From: an uncultured Alphaproteobacteria bacterium | GTDB lineage: Bacteria > Pseudomonadota > Alphaproteobacteria > RF32 > CAG-239 | Assembly: GCA_944393225.1 (NCBI GenBank) | Contig: CALXZK010000009.1 | Span: 2,104 to 66,103 of the forward strand | DNA length: 64,000 nt | Reading direction: 5' to 3' | Shown here: one piece after another, positions 1 through 7,850 of the stretch | Layout: every line of letters begins with the position of its first letter | How positions within the stretch are numbered: position 1 is the stretch's first letter | Notes under the pieces: generated by a model | Database searches by the model: none | What the model saw: only the letters and a program-made list of their open reading frames with translations | What the model was told of the DNA's origin: nothing | Translations under genes and position numbers: made by a program

Positions 1-171
1 GCAATACATAGCGGCGCCATGAAATATCAATCGTTTTCATATTAAAAAAATCCTTATGTTATATTGAAAAAAGCTTTACCGGGACGCTGTCTCCTGCCGT
101 AAAGCACCCATGCTTTTATTGCACCGGCATCTTTACTCAAGCATATTTTTGCAAAAGACTCAAGTTTTATG

Positions 172-200
172 TTGCATTTATTATTTTTTCTTTGTATAAC
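172..200 (+). promoter_or_regulatory. sigma70-like promoter for tRNA-Leu
   Basis: TTGCAT (172-177), 17-nt spacer, TATAAC (195-200). The -10 ends 13 nt upstream of the tRNA 5' end. Confidence 0.4.
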
Positions 201-213
201 CATTTTTGTTGAT

Positions 214-300
214 GCGCTTGTGGCGGAACAGGTAGACGCTGCAGACTTAAAATCTGTTGGCCGCAAGGCCGTGCCGGTTCGATTCCGGCCTAGCGCACCA
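214..300 (+). tRNA. tRNA-Leu, anticodon UAA, class II with long variable arm, encoded CCA
   Basis: Cloverleaf read by eye. Acceptor GCGCTTG/CTAGCGC has one T-T mismatch. D arm GCG-GAACAGGTAGA-CGC. Anticodon stem GCAGA/TCTGT with loop CTTAAAA (anticodon TAA). Long variable arm TGGCCGCAAGGCCGTG. T arm GCCGG-TTCGATT-CCGGC. Ends ACCA. Confidence 0.9.
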
Positions 301-304
301 TTTT

Positions 305-350
305 GAAAACAAAGGCTTTCAGCAATTTTGCTCAAAGCCTTGTTTTTTTA
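305..350 (+). terminator. rho-independent terminator of tRNA-Leu
   Basis: Imperfect hairpin AAACAAAGGCTTTCAGCA...TGCTCAAAGCCTTGTTT followed by a T-tract. Confidence 0.7.
307..322. repeat. 16-nt direct repeat AAACAAAGGCTTTCAG, left copy (candidate island junction, attL-like)
   Basis: Identical 16-mer recurs at 16776-16791. This copy starts 7 nt after the tRNA-Leu CCA end. Confidence 0.55.
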
Positions 351-466
351 TTTCAAGATATAAAATTAAAAATTTGTCCCACCATAGTCCCACTTTTTTA
401 GAGTATTTTAGCTGTCTTTATCGTATGTTTTATGGTGATTTTAGCTTATTTGGTATAGATAATTAC

Positions 467-727
467 TCAAGATAACCAATTTTTTATCAGCTTTTCTTTT
501 ATGTTTTGACTGCCTACTGCATTAATAGAGCTGTATAACACGCCCTTTTCAAACAAAAAACCGATAAACTCATCGCTTAAATGTAACTTAGATCCGATTT
601 CTTTATGCTCTGCTTCTTCCGCATTCCAAGCATAAAGTGTCTTACCATCAGTTAAAATACGAACCAGCCTATGATGTTCACACAGCCTATTAAATTGTTC
701 CTTGTTAAGCATTTGATAGTTATTCAT
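467..727 (-). CDS. hypothetical protein, 86 aa, last gene of the WYL operon
   Basis: ORF lies 30 nt downstream of the PD-(D/E)XK gene on the same strand. No motif recognised. Confidence 0.45.
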   Translation of the reverse strand: MNNYQMLNKEQFNRLCEHHRLVRILTDGKTLYAWNAEEAEHKEIGSKLHLSDEFIGFLFEKGVLYSSINAVGSQNIKEKLIKNWLS

Positions 728-757
728 AGTTTTATCGGTTTTTGTTTGTATTATTTA

Positions 758-1771
758 TTACCATTCTTTTGTTTTTAGTAATTTGGCAATTTCTGCAGTT
801 GAAGGAAGCTTGGTCTTATTTTCAAATTCCAAAATTTTCTGTAAATTAAAAATTCTTTTACCCTGAGGGGCACGAGGTGTCGTTTTTCGATAAGATGTTT
901 CATAAAATTGATCTACAAAAAAGAAACGATGCGGACATCTATTCAAATCATAGTCATATTGAGAAGCTTCTTGGAATGCTTTTTTTGCATTTTCTTTCAT
1001 ATCTTTTGACAGCGTTCCATCTATCGCACTAAATTCCAATTTGTCTATGTCGTTATTTTTGGCGGTTACCTCAGCGGTTGCTATAATTTCACCAATATTG
1101 CGAACGGCTTTTTGTTTATATAACCCCAGATACTTGCATTTTTGATACCCCCATGAAGCCGGACAATAATATAAATTTAGTGCTTTGTTTGTTTCATATG
1201 TTGTTCCGCATAAACGTACATCTAATTTCTTGTCCATATCGCTGATAAGACCGCCTTCATAACAATAATTTTCATAGTCTTCCACTATATTCGAAAAATC
1301 ATCATTAGAATCAATAATGTTTTTAATAAAACCAATGAGTTTCTCAAAAGTTAAATGAATATGTTTTACATTAGGATTTTTAGTTTTAATCATATTCTTG
1401 ATTTCTTCTTTTTTCTCTTCTTTTAGCTCTTGCGGATCTAAGGTCAGAAGAATTTTTTCTCCATTATTTTGAAAAGAAGATAAATGGTGTTCCAGTTGTT
1501 TGGTTCCAAAATTATTATAAAGTTTTGTTTCTATCACTATCTTAAAATTCGGTTGAAAGATGACCGCATCAGGCACACTATCTTTTGATTTTTCTTGTAA
1601 TTTCATACTTAATTCAAAATTTAATGGTTCATATTCTTCTTCTAATATATTCTCTATTAAATTGTAAAATTTGGAAGAAGAATGGCTATAGAGTCTTGAA
1701 AATAATAACATAGTATTTGCTGTACTGACATTTTCTTGAGAATGATATCTTTGAAAGTAATGTATCTCCAT
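758..1771 (-). CDS. PD-(D/E)XK nuclease-fold protein with an unknown ~220-aa C-terminal domain, 337 aa
   Basis: N-terminal SQENVSTANTMLLF (E13), then VPDAVIF (D68) and KIVIETK (E81-x-K83). This matches the classical E...PD...(D/E)xK arrangement. Start lies 1 nt after the stop of the upstream 90-aa gene. Confidence 0.6.
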   Translation of the reverse strand: MEIHYFQRYHSQENVSTANTMLLFSRLYSHSSSKFYNLIENILEEEYEPLNFELSMKLQEKSKDSVPDAVIFQPNFKIVIETKLYNNFGTKQLEHHLSSFQNNGEKILLTLDPQELKEEKKEEIKNMIKTKNPNVKHIHLTFEKLIGFIKNIIDSNDDFSNIVEDYENYCYEGGLISDMDKKLDVRLCGTTYETNKALNLYYCPASWGYQKCKYLGLYKQKAVRNIGEIIATAEVTAKNNDIDKLEFSAIDGTLSKDMKENAKKAFQEASQYDYDLNRCPHRFFFVDQFYETSYRKTTPRAPQGKRIFNLQKILEFENKTKLPSTAEIAKLLKTKEW

Positions 1772-1772
1772 T

Positions 1773-2045
1773 TTATTCTCCTTTTTTATCTGATTTTAGG
1801 TCTTTTATATCAAAATTTGGATGTGTGTCCCAAAAATTATTGAACTTTTCAATTGTTTTTAAAATGCCTTTTCCTCTGGATATATTTTTAGCAATAACCG
1901 CTTTTTGTTCTTCTAAATTATCTATGGTTAATATGCTTAACGCATCTTCTATATTTTGTAAAACAGGAGCAAAATCGCAACGAAATGCTTTGGTGAAGCG
2001 GTTTGTTACCTCGTTTCGGATTTGTTTTTCTTTATCTTCTGTCAT
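1773..2045 (-). CDS. hypothetical small protein, 90 aa, probably helical
   Basis: ORF abuts the WYL gene stop (2046) with no gap and the nuclease gene start (1771). This suggests translational coupling. Confidence 0.5.
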   Translation of the reverse strand: MTEDKEKQIRNEVTNRFTKAFRCDFAPVLQNIEDALSILTIDNLEEQKAVIAKNISRGKGILKTIEKFNNFWDTHPNFDIKDLKSDKKGE

Positions 2046-3005
2046 TTATTTTTCCTTATACCAATTTTCCGGTTTGATGACTTTTACATGATTGCCCCAA
2101 ATATAAAGGTGCCAATCCATTTCTAATCTGCCCCCGGCTCTGAACTTAACTGTTAATGTACCGTCTGGATTTCTTGTCTTGCTTTGTGTGGGGTGAAAAA
2201 TATATTGATCTGCATCTTTGGCTACGTCTTTATCAAACAACCATTCAACATCAAAAGGCTCTTCATGATAAGCCCCAAATGACTCTTCAGCATATTTTTG
2301 TAAACTGAAATTCGGTAGTTTTTCGATTACACTATTTAATATTTCCACTTCTCGAATGTTACTTAAAATAAAGTTATGAACCTCGTTTCCATAATATCCA
2401 TCAGTATGATGAGCAACTAAATAATGATTATGTTCTCCATATAAGAAGCCATAAGGATTAAGCGTATTAATACTTATTTTATCCGTACTTTGGTTGTAGT
2501 ATTTAATTCTGATTTGATGACTTTCCAAAATTGCTTGGCGAATTGCAGAAACAATCTTTTCATCTATTACAAGTCTTGGGCCGGGGCGGCAAATAAATCC
2601 TTCAGCTTCAAGCAAGGCTTCCGTATCAGGTTCAATTTTACGGATTACATCCGGTTTAATGCTGGCCCTGATTTTTTCTATCACTTTAACCAAGATTTCT
2701 TTTTTCTCATTCATTTGTTTACTTTCAAACAGCTCTTTAGCTGTTTCTAGAACCGATAATTCTTCGGCAGAAAAATTTATCAAATCCTTTAATGTTCCTT
2801 GTGGAATATACCAGCGTTTGGAATTACCTCCTTCAGTAGTTTCTTCTGCTTGAGGAAAGTATGTGATAATCATATCACGCATACGTTCCGCCGTGCGGCG
2901 CGAAACTTGATATTTTTCAGCAATATCATTTAAACTGACACCTTCACGGGTGGATTGCATCCAGACGGCTAAATCAAGTAAATCGTATGTTTTTTCGTAT
3001 GCCAT
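2046..3005 (-). CDS. HTH-WYL-WCX transcriptional regulator (BrxR/CapW/YafY-like), 319 aa
   Basis: N-terminal wHTH (VSLNDIAEKYQVSRRTAERMRDMI). Central WYL-like segment (IRIKYYNQSTDKISINTLNPYGFLYGEHNHYLVAHH...HNFILSNIREVEIL). C-terminal extension ending WHLYIWGNHVKVIKP. Confidence 0.75.
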   Translation of the reverse strand: MAYEKTYDLLDLAVWMQSTREGVSLNDIAEKYQVSRRTAERMRDMIITYFPQAEETTEGGNSKRWYIPQGTLKDLINFSAEELSVLETAKELFESKQMNEKKEILVKVIEKIRASIKPDVIRKIEPDTEALLEAEGFICRPGPRLVIDEKIVSAIRQAILESHQIRIKYYNQSTDKISINTLNPYGFLYGEHNHYLVAHHTDGYYGNEVHNFILSNIREVEILNSVIEKLPNFSLQKYAEESFGAYHEEPFDVEWLFDKDVAKDADQYIFHPTQSKTRNPDGTLTVKFRAGGRLEMDWHLYIWGNHVKVIKPENWYKEK

Positions 3006-3065
3006 GATTACTTCTCCTATTATTAAGATAAAATCATTTTACGACAAATTTTGACGCGGGCAAGA

Positions 3066-3082
3066 TTATTCTTAAAGAATAA
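3066..3082. promoter_or_regulatory. perfect 8-1-8 palindrome TTATTCTT-A-AAGAATAA, candidate operator of the WYL regulator
   Basis: Lies in the 106-nt divergent intergenic region between the WYL gene (start 3005) and ORF 3112. Confidence 0.35.
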
Positions 3083-3111
3083 GTTATTTTGTAAAATGTG
3101 AAAGGATAGTT

Positions 3112-3573
3112 ATGAAAAAAAATATATTTCTCTTCTTCATGAGTTGTCTTGCTTTATCTGTTTTTATTTTTGATAAAGACCCTTTTCAGAAGATGTTAGA
3201 GCAAACCGTCAACTACTTTGAAGCGAAAGGAGGTCAAATTTTTATTATCAATACCCAAACGCATCAAATTAAAAAAGAATATAAAATCGGAGAATCAGCT
3301 TTTTCTCCTTTAGCTTTTGGAAAAAAATCAGATTGTTTTCGCCAAACATTGCTTGTGAATAGCAAACAGATTGATACATATTCATGCACTCATATAAAAA
3401 AGAATCCCAATCAGGTCGAAACAATTTCATTTGCTAACCTTTCTTCAATCGGGAAAAATTATGAAGTTTGGGTTGTTTTGAATGAACCTAAGCCTAAAAA
3501 AGAGACTTTTGGTTTTGTAACAGCTCCGTGGACTACTCTGCCTCTTTTAAGAAAAATTATTTTGTCTTGGTAA
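3112..3573 (+). CDS. hypothetical secreted or membrane-anchored protein, 153 aa
   Basis: N-terminal hydrophobic signal-like segment KKNIFLFFMSCLALSVFIF. RBS-like AAAGGA upstream. Confidence 0.5.
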   Translation: MKKNIFLFFMSCLALSVFIFDKDPFQKMLEQTVNYFEAKGGQIFIINTQTHQIKKEYKIGESAFSPLAFGKKSDCFRQTLLVNSKQIDTYSCTHIKKNPNQVETISFANLSSIGKNYEVWVVLNEPKPKKETFGFVTAPWTTLPLLRKIILSW

Positions 3574-3579
3574 AAAATT

Positions 3580-3614
3580 GCCCTGATTTTATTTTTAAAT
3601 CAGGGCTTTTCTTT
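3580..3614. terminator. bidirectional rho-independent terminator
   Basis: GCCCTGATTT / AAATCAGGGC 10-bp stem. A-tract on the left and T-tract on the right. Sits between convergent genes. Confidence 0.7.
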
Positions 3615-4224
3615 ATTTTGACATAGGATGATATAATTGATGATTATTTCCTTGATGTGTTTCTCTTTTTAGCCAAATGAGATTGGTTACACTGTTGTTA
3701 AAAGAATTATTATCAATATGATGAACAACACAGGGTTCATTTTCATATGCTTGAGGTTTCTTCAAGAAGAATCGTGCAACTAATTTATGAAGATCATATT
3801 GATCTGAATTTCCGGTTATGTTTAAGCATATTTGACAACCAGAGTTTTTGCGATTTAGAGGAACAAAAGCATTATCTCTAAATAAGTCTTTTAATTCATT
3901 GGAAAAATCTTTCCAGCTTACACCCTGACTATTTTCGTCAGCTTTTTTCAATTCTTCGGGGATGATTGTTGATGCCTTTTCTTTGTCTTCATCTCGAATT
4001 TTTACAACATATCCCAGATTACTGATATAATATTCTTGATAATAATGTTTCCAAACTTCTTCAATTTGGGCTTGACCAATATAGCCCATTTTTTGAACCT
4101 GCTTTTCACATATCGGATGATTTTCCTCGCAATTCCATAGACGCTTGCTAATTTCAAGAATATTGTCGTGAGAACTTAAGCATAGGCGCAATGGAGGATT
4201 AAATATTTGTTCTACTTGTTCCAT
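3613..4224 (-). CDS. HNH endonuclease (NUMOD4/HNH_3-like, phage homing-endonuclease type), 203 aa
   Basis: ISNLGYVVK (NUMOD4-like) and VVHHIDNNSFNNSVTNLIWLKRETHQGNNH (H-N-H core). Confidence 0.7.
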   Translation of the reverse strand: MEQVEQIFNPPLRLCLSSHDNILEISKRLWNCEENHPICEKQVQKMGYIGQAQIEEVWKHYYQEYYISNLGYVVKIRDEDKEKASTIIPEELKKADENSQGVSWKDFSNELKDLFRDNAFVPLNRKNSGCQICLNITGNSDQYDLHKLVARFFLKKPQAYENEPCVVHHIDNNSFNNSVTNLIWLKRETHQGNNHQLYHPMSK

Positions 4225-4295
4225 AATTTTCTCCTTTAGTTGTATATATATTTCCCTTATACTCTATACCTATGACAATTTCTGACATATGCAAA

Positions 4296-4631
4296 TTATT
4301 TCTTTTTCAAATCAAATGAATCTAAAAATTTTAGAAGGTCTTGTTGAGAGGATTCATCTAATAAAGATATTTTATTAATTAGGTTCTCATTGGTGGTTAC
4401 AATGGCTTCGGCTTTTTCGGATATAAGTTGTAAGAGGTCAATATCCAACGCATAAAGGATTTTATATAAAGTATAAGCTCTTGGGTTTTGTTTGCGATTT
4501 TCAATCAGATTAACTGAAGAATAATCAGCATTACTGAATTCTGCTAATTTTTCACAGGAAAGTTTTTTGTTGTTGCGCTGTTTCCTTATAATTTTGCCAA
4601 TTTCGTTAAGAAAATCTTCTTCATTTAACAT
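4296..4631 (-). CDS. XRE-family HTH transcriptional regulator, 111 aa
   Basis: IRKQRNNKKLSCEKLAEFSNADYSSVNLIENRKQNPRAYTLYKILYALDIDL is a typical HTH_3 pattern. Confidence 0.75.
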   Translation of the reverse strand: MLNEEDFLNEIGKIIRKQRNNKKLSCEKLAEFSNADYSSVNLIENRKQNPRAYTLYKILYALDIDLLQLISEKAEAIVTTNENLINKISLLDESSQQDLLKFLDSFDLKKK

Positions 4632-4825
4632 TGTGTAAATCCCATAAAATTTATATGAGATTATACAATCGCTGTTTTCCTTATCTATTGTGTGAAGCCA
4701 ATAAAATATTGTTGACTACTATCTTGTTTTAGCTACTCTGAATATACAGCAGATTTTGATGCGACATATTTTGTCGTACACAAAGTTTATTATTTTGAAT
4801 GAACTACAAAAATAAGGAGATTATC

Positions 4826-5578
4826 ATGCGTAGAGATTTAACATTATATAATTTAGAGTTTCCTGATCAGGATAAGTTAGAAGAATATTGGAATAAAAGA
4901 TATTCAAGCGACTTTCACACCGAGGTTTTGGGAAGAATTAACAATCGCTCAAATAGCTTAAAATCTAAATGCGGTAAAATTTATGAGATTAATGATGAAA
5001 TTCTAAAAGATATTTTTGGAAGCCACAAAAATAATAATGAAAGATGTCTTGGTTGGACATATTTTAAGGTTAAACTGTTAAATGATTTTTACAGCACTGG
5101 AATCCAAGATATTTATACGGTTGTTGAAGATATGATTAAAATCAAAAATCTTGATGAAAATATTAAGAATGGCGATTTTAAAGCAGTAAACGAAATCAGA
5201 GATATTTTTAAGAACAATAAAGAAAACAAAAACAGCCGTGATATTTATTCTTTTGCCACTAAATTCTGCCATTTTTCAAATCCTGATAAGTTTTCTATTT
5301 ATGATCGTTATGTCGCTTATTTATTAAAGGACTATATGATAAAGTGGAAAGATAAATTTACTTCCGCTTTTATTAAATATAATGAAATATCTAAAGAAAA
5401 TAAGATTAATATTGATAAACCGACAGCAAGTGCACTTTTAACCGCTATGAGAGATTATACATTCTTTATGAATGTGGTTGATTTGTTTATGAGTAATTGC
5501 AAAATTTCTAAACGAAATTTAAGAGCAAAAGTTGATAATTATTTGTGGTTAGCGGGAATGAGGGAGTACCGTAAATAA
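4826..5578 (+). CDS. hypothetical protein, 250 aa
   Basis: Start moved to ATG 4826, which has AAGGAG 6 nt upstream. The ORF track starts at 4799. The motif YSFATKFCHFSNPDKFSIYDRYV faintly recalls OGG-fold-like hypothetical proteins (memory only). Confidence 0.5.
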   Translation: MRRDLTLYNLEFPDQDKLEEYWNKRYSSDFHTEVLGRINNRSNSLKSKCGKIYEINDEILKDIFGSHKNNNERCLGWTYFKVKLLNDFYSTGIQDIYTVVEDMIKIKNLDENIKNGDFKAVNEIRDIFKNNKENKNSRDIYSFATKFCHFSNPDKFSIYDRYVAYLLKDYMIKWKDKFTSAFIKYNEISKENKINIDKPTASALLTAMRDYTFFMNVVDLFMSNCKISKRNLRAKVDNYLWLAGMREYRK

Positions 5579-5580
5579 AT

Positions 5581-5930
5581 TATAGAGAGTTGTATAGAGA
5601 TTTAAATTGAGACACTCTATATAAAACCCTAAGGTTTGCAATGCCTTTAGAGAGATAGAAGTTTAATCAAGGATTATATATACCGAGGTATCAATAACAA
5701 ATATTATTAATTCTAAATAAAAAAATATATAAGATTACAGAAAGAATATTAAAATATATATTATATATACTTTGGGTTGTTTTTTTATTTAGACATTTTA
5801 TTTGTTATGATATATATATTGTAACCTGTTTTAATTCTCTATCTCTCTAAAACATACAGTTTCCTTAGTTTTTTTATAGTGAGCCTGAAAGTTTAACTCT
5901 CTAACCTTGTTAAAAACACTCTATATTAGC
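5581..5930. repeat. structured AT-rich non-coding module with nested inverted and direct repeats (candidate inverton, MITE or operator cluster)
   Basis: Left arm 5629-5659 is CTAAGG-12nt-TTAGAGAGATAGA. Right arm 5838-5868 is its inverted copy, TCTATCTCTCTAA-12nt-CCTTAG. The arms flank a 178-nt AT-rich core. Outer 9-nt inverted repeat TAGAGAGTT (5583-5591) / AACTCTCTA (5895-5903). 11-nt direct repeat ACACTCTATAT (5612-5622 and 5916-5926). Confidence 0.6.
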
Positions 5931-6103
5931 ATATCCTTTGTTTTCTAAGCATATAAAAGAACTTTGCATATTCCTATATTTGTTTATCAAAAACATTCAA
6001 AATCTCGTTATATGCGAAGGAAATACAAGTTATTTTAGACTATTAATAAAATATTTTATTTTTAATAGTATTGCTTTATCATAAAGGGGTAAAGGAGCAT
6101 CCT

Positions 6104-7018
6104 ATGGAAAAGCAAATAATTGAAGTTTCGAACAATGGATTTTCTTTATTTTTACATAGAGGTTTTATAGTTATCGAGAATAAAAATATTCCGATAGAAA
6201 CAAAAATTCCATTGGATAATATTTTATCATTAGTAATTAGTGCTAATGATTTGATACTTTCTAAAAATGTAATAAATGCCATAACTGAACAAGGGGCAAA
6301 TATTATTTGTTGTGGTAAAAATTATGTTCCTTCTTCAATTATAATTCCTTGCGAAGGGCATTGGCTAGTCGCATCAAGAGTTCAAAATCAAATAAAATGT
6401 TCTAAGCCTTTACAGAAAAATTTATGGAAGAGTATTATTCAAAATAAAATTTATAATCAATCTAAAATTTTAGAATTCTTTTTTCCCAACCATAGTAATA
6501 TTGCACGACTTAAACAATTAGCTAAGAATACACTTAGTAATGATGTGCGAAATAATGAAGGAGTGGCGGCTTCAATTTATTTCAAATCGTTATTTGGTAA
6601 GAACTTTGTACGAGATAGATTAAGCGGTGACGTTAATATTTTATTGAACTATGCTTACATAGTTCTTAGAGCTATGGTTATAAGAGCAATTTGTGGTAAT
6701 GGATTATTGCCTTTTTTAGGATTAAAGCATTGCGCTAAAACCAACACATTTCCTTTGGCTGATGATTTAATGGAACCGTTTAGGCCGTGGGCTGACAAAT
6801 TAGTATTTGAGGAAATAAATAGACTTGTTAATATTCAAGATATTGAATTGACGCCGGAAATAAAACGAAGATTAACAGGACTGATTTCTATTCCCGTTAA
6901 GACCGGCAAGGGTTGTGTCTTATTAAATGATGCCGTGTTTGATTTTGTAGGAAGTTTGATTGCTAGTTTTGAAGATAAGAAAGTTAAATTAAAATATCCA
7001 GAATTTGAAGATAGTTGA
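6104..7018 (+). CDS. cas1: CRISPR-associated endonuclease Cas1 (type II), 304 aa
   Basis: NNEGVAASIYF, NILLNYAYIVLRAMVIRAI, GLLPFLGLKH and LADDLMEPFRPWAD are Cas1 hallmarks. Start set at ATG 6104 with AAGGAG 6 nt upstream. The stop TGA (7016-7018) lies inside CRISPR repeat 1. Confidence 0.9.
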   Translation: MEKQIIEVSNNGFSLFLHRGFIVIENKNIPIETKIPLDNILSLVISANDLILSKNVINAITEQGANIICCGKNYVPSSIIIPCEGHWLVASRVQNQIKCSKPLQKNLWKSIIQNKIYNQSKILEFFFPNHSNIARLKQLAKNTLSNDVRNNEGVAASIYFKSLFGKNFVRDRLSGDVNILLNYAYIVLRAMVIRAICGNGLLPFLGLKHCAKTNTFPLADDLMEPFRPWADKLVFEEINRLVNIQDIELTPEIKRRLTGLISIPVKTGKGCVLLNDAVFDFVGSLIASFEDKKVKLKYPEFEDS

Positions 7019-7835
7019 CCGTCTAATTAATCTCTGATATGCTTGTTGTGGCAATACTGTTTATAAGATCATAGTTATAGTTGACCGTCTAATTAATCTC
7101 TGATATGCTGCAAACGACAAAGCTGTTCGTGAGTTGATTGTTATAGTTGACCGTCTAATTAATCTCTGATATGCTGTTTATTGAGTTGTTGCTCGGTAAT
7201 AGTACGTTATAGTTGACCGTCTAATTAATCTCTGATATGCTTCCGCTGTTGAACGGAACATATAAAATTCAGTTATAGTTGACCGTCTAATTAATCTCTG
7301 ATATGCTAATATCGGTACGTTACTATCGTTCAAGCGTGTTATAGTTGACCGTCTAATTAATCTCTGATATGCTAAAAGATATGCTATCAAGTTGATATAA
7401 GCTGTTATAGTTGACCGTCTAATTAATCTCTGATATGCTCCTTTTGGCTTGCAATAGTTCTTGAAGTTTGTTATAGTTGACCGTCTAATTAATCTCTGAT
7501 ATGCTCTTAAAACGTCTTTAACGCCCTTGCAATCAGTTATAGTTGACCGTCTAATTAATCTCTGATATGCTAAAGCCGTGATTAATGCTTTCCCGGACTT
7601 AGTTATAGTTGACCGTCTAATTAATCTCTGATATGCTAAATACCTATTGTTGCCCCTTGCAGATCTCGTTATAGTTGACCGTCTAATTAATCTCTGATAT
7701 GCTCTATTCGTTGTGTGACTTCAGATCCTTTTCGTTATAGTTGACCGTCTAATTAATCTCTGATATGCTTATTATGATTGAGTTACGCGACTACCAGCAG
7801 TTATAGTTGACCGTCTAATTAATCTCTGATATGCT
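7008..7835 (+). CRISPR. CRISPR array: 13 x 36-nt repeats, 12 x 30-nt spacers, period exactly 66 nt
   Basis: Repeat is GTTATAGTTGACCGTCTAATTAATCTCTGATATGCT, starting at 7008, 7074, 7140 and so on to 7800. Repeats 2-13 are identical. Repeat 1 has AAG instead of GTT at positions 1-3. Orientation (+) follows from complementarity to the tracrRNA anti-repeat. Confidence 0.97.
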
Positions 7836-7850
7836 ATGTAATAGCACAAA

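Noticed and set aside
1-39. Possible 5' end of a minus-strand gene (MKTIDISWRRYVL...) running off the left edge
   Set aside because: Only 13 codons are visible, too little to support a call.
54-475. ORFs 54-335 (-) and 257-475 (+)
   Set aside because: Both run through the tRNA-Leu gene and its terminator. They have no RBS and are low complexity, so I treat them as spurious.
7178-7390. 70-aa minus-strand ORF with the recurring peptide AYQRLIRRSTIT
   Set aside because: It is simply the translation of CRISPR repeats. The periodic peptide mirrors the 66-nt repeat-spacer period.
7044-7799. Self-targeting spacers against this window
   Set aside because: I could not find any spacer match by eye elsewhere in the 64 kb. 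This is not a reliable negative and needs a BLAST of the 12 spacers against the full genome.
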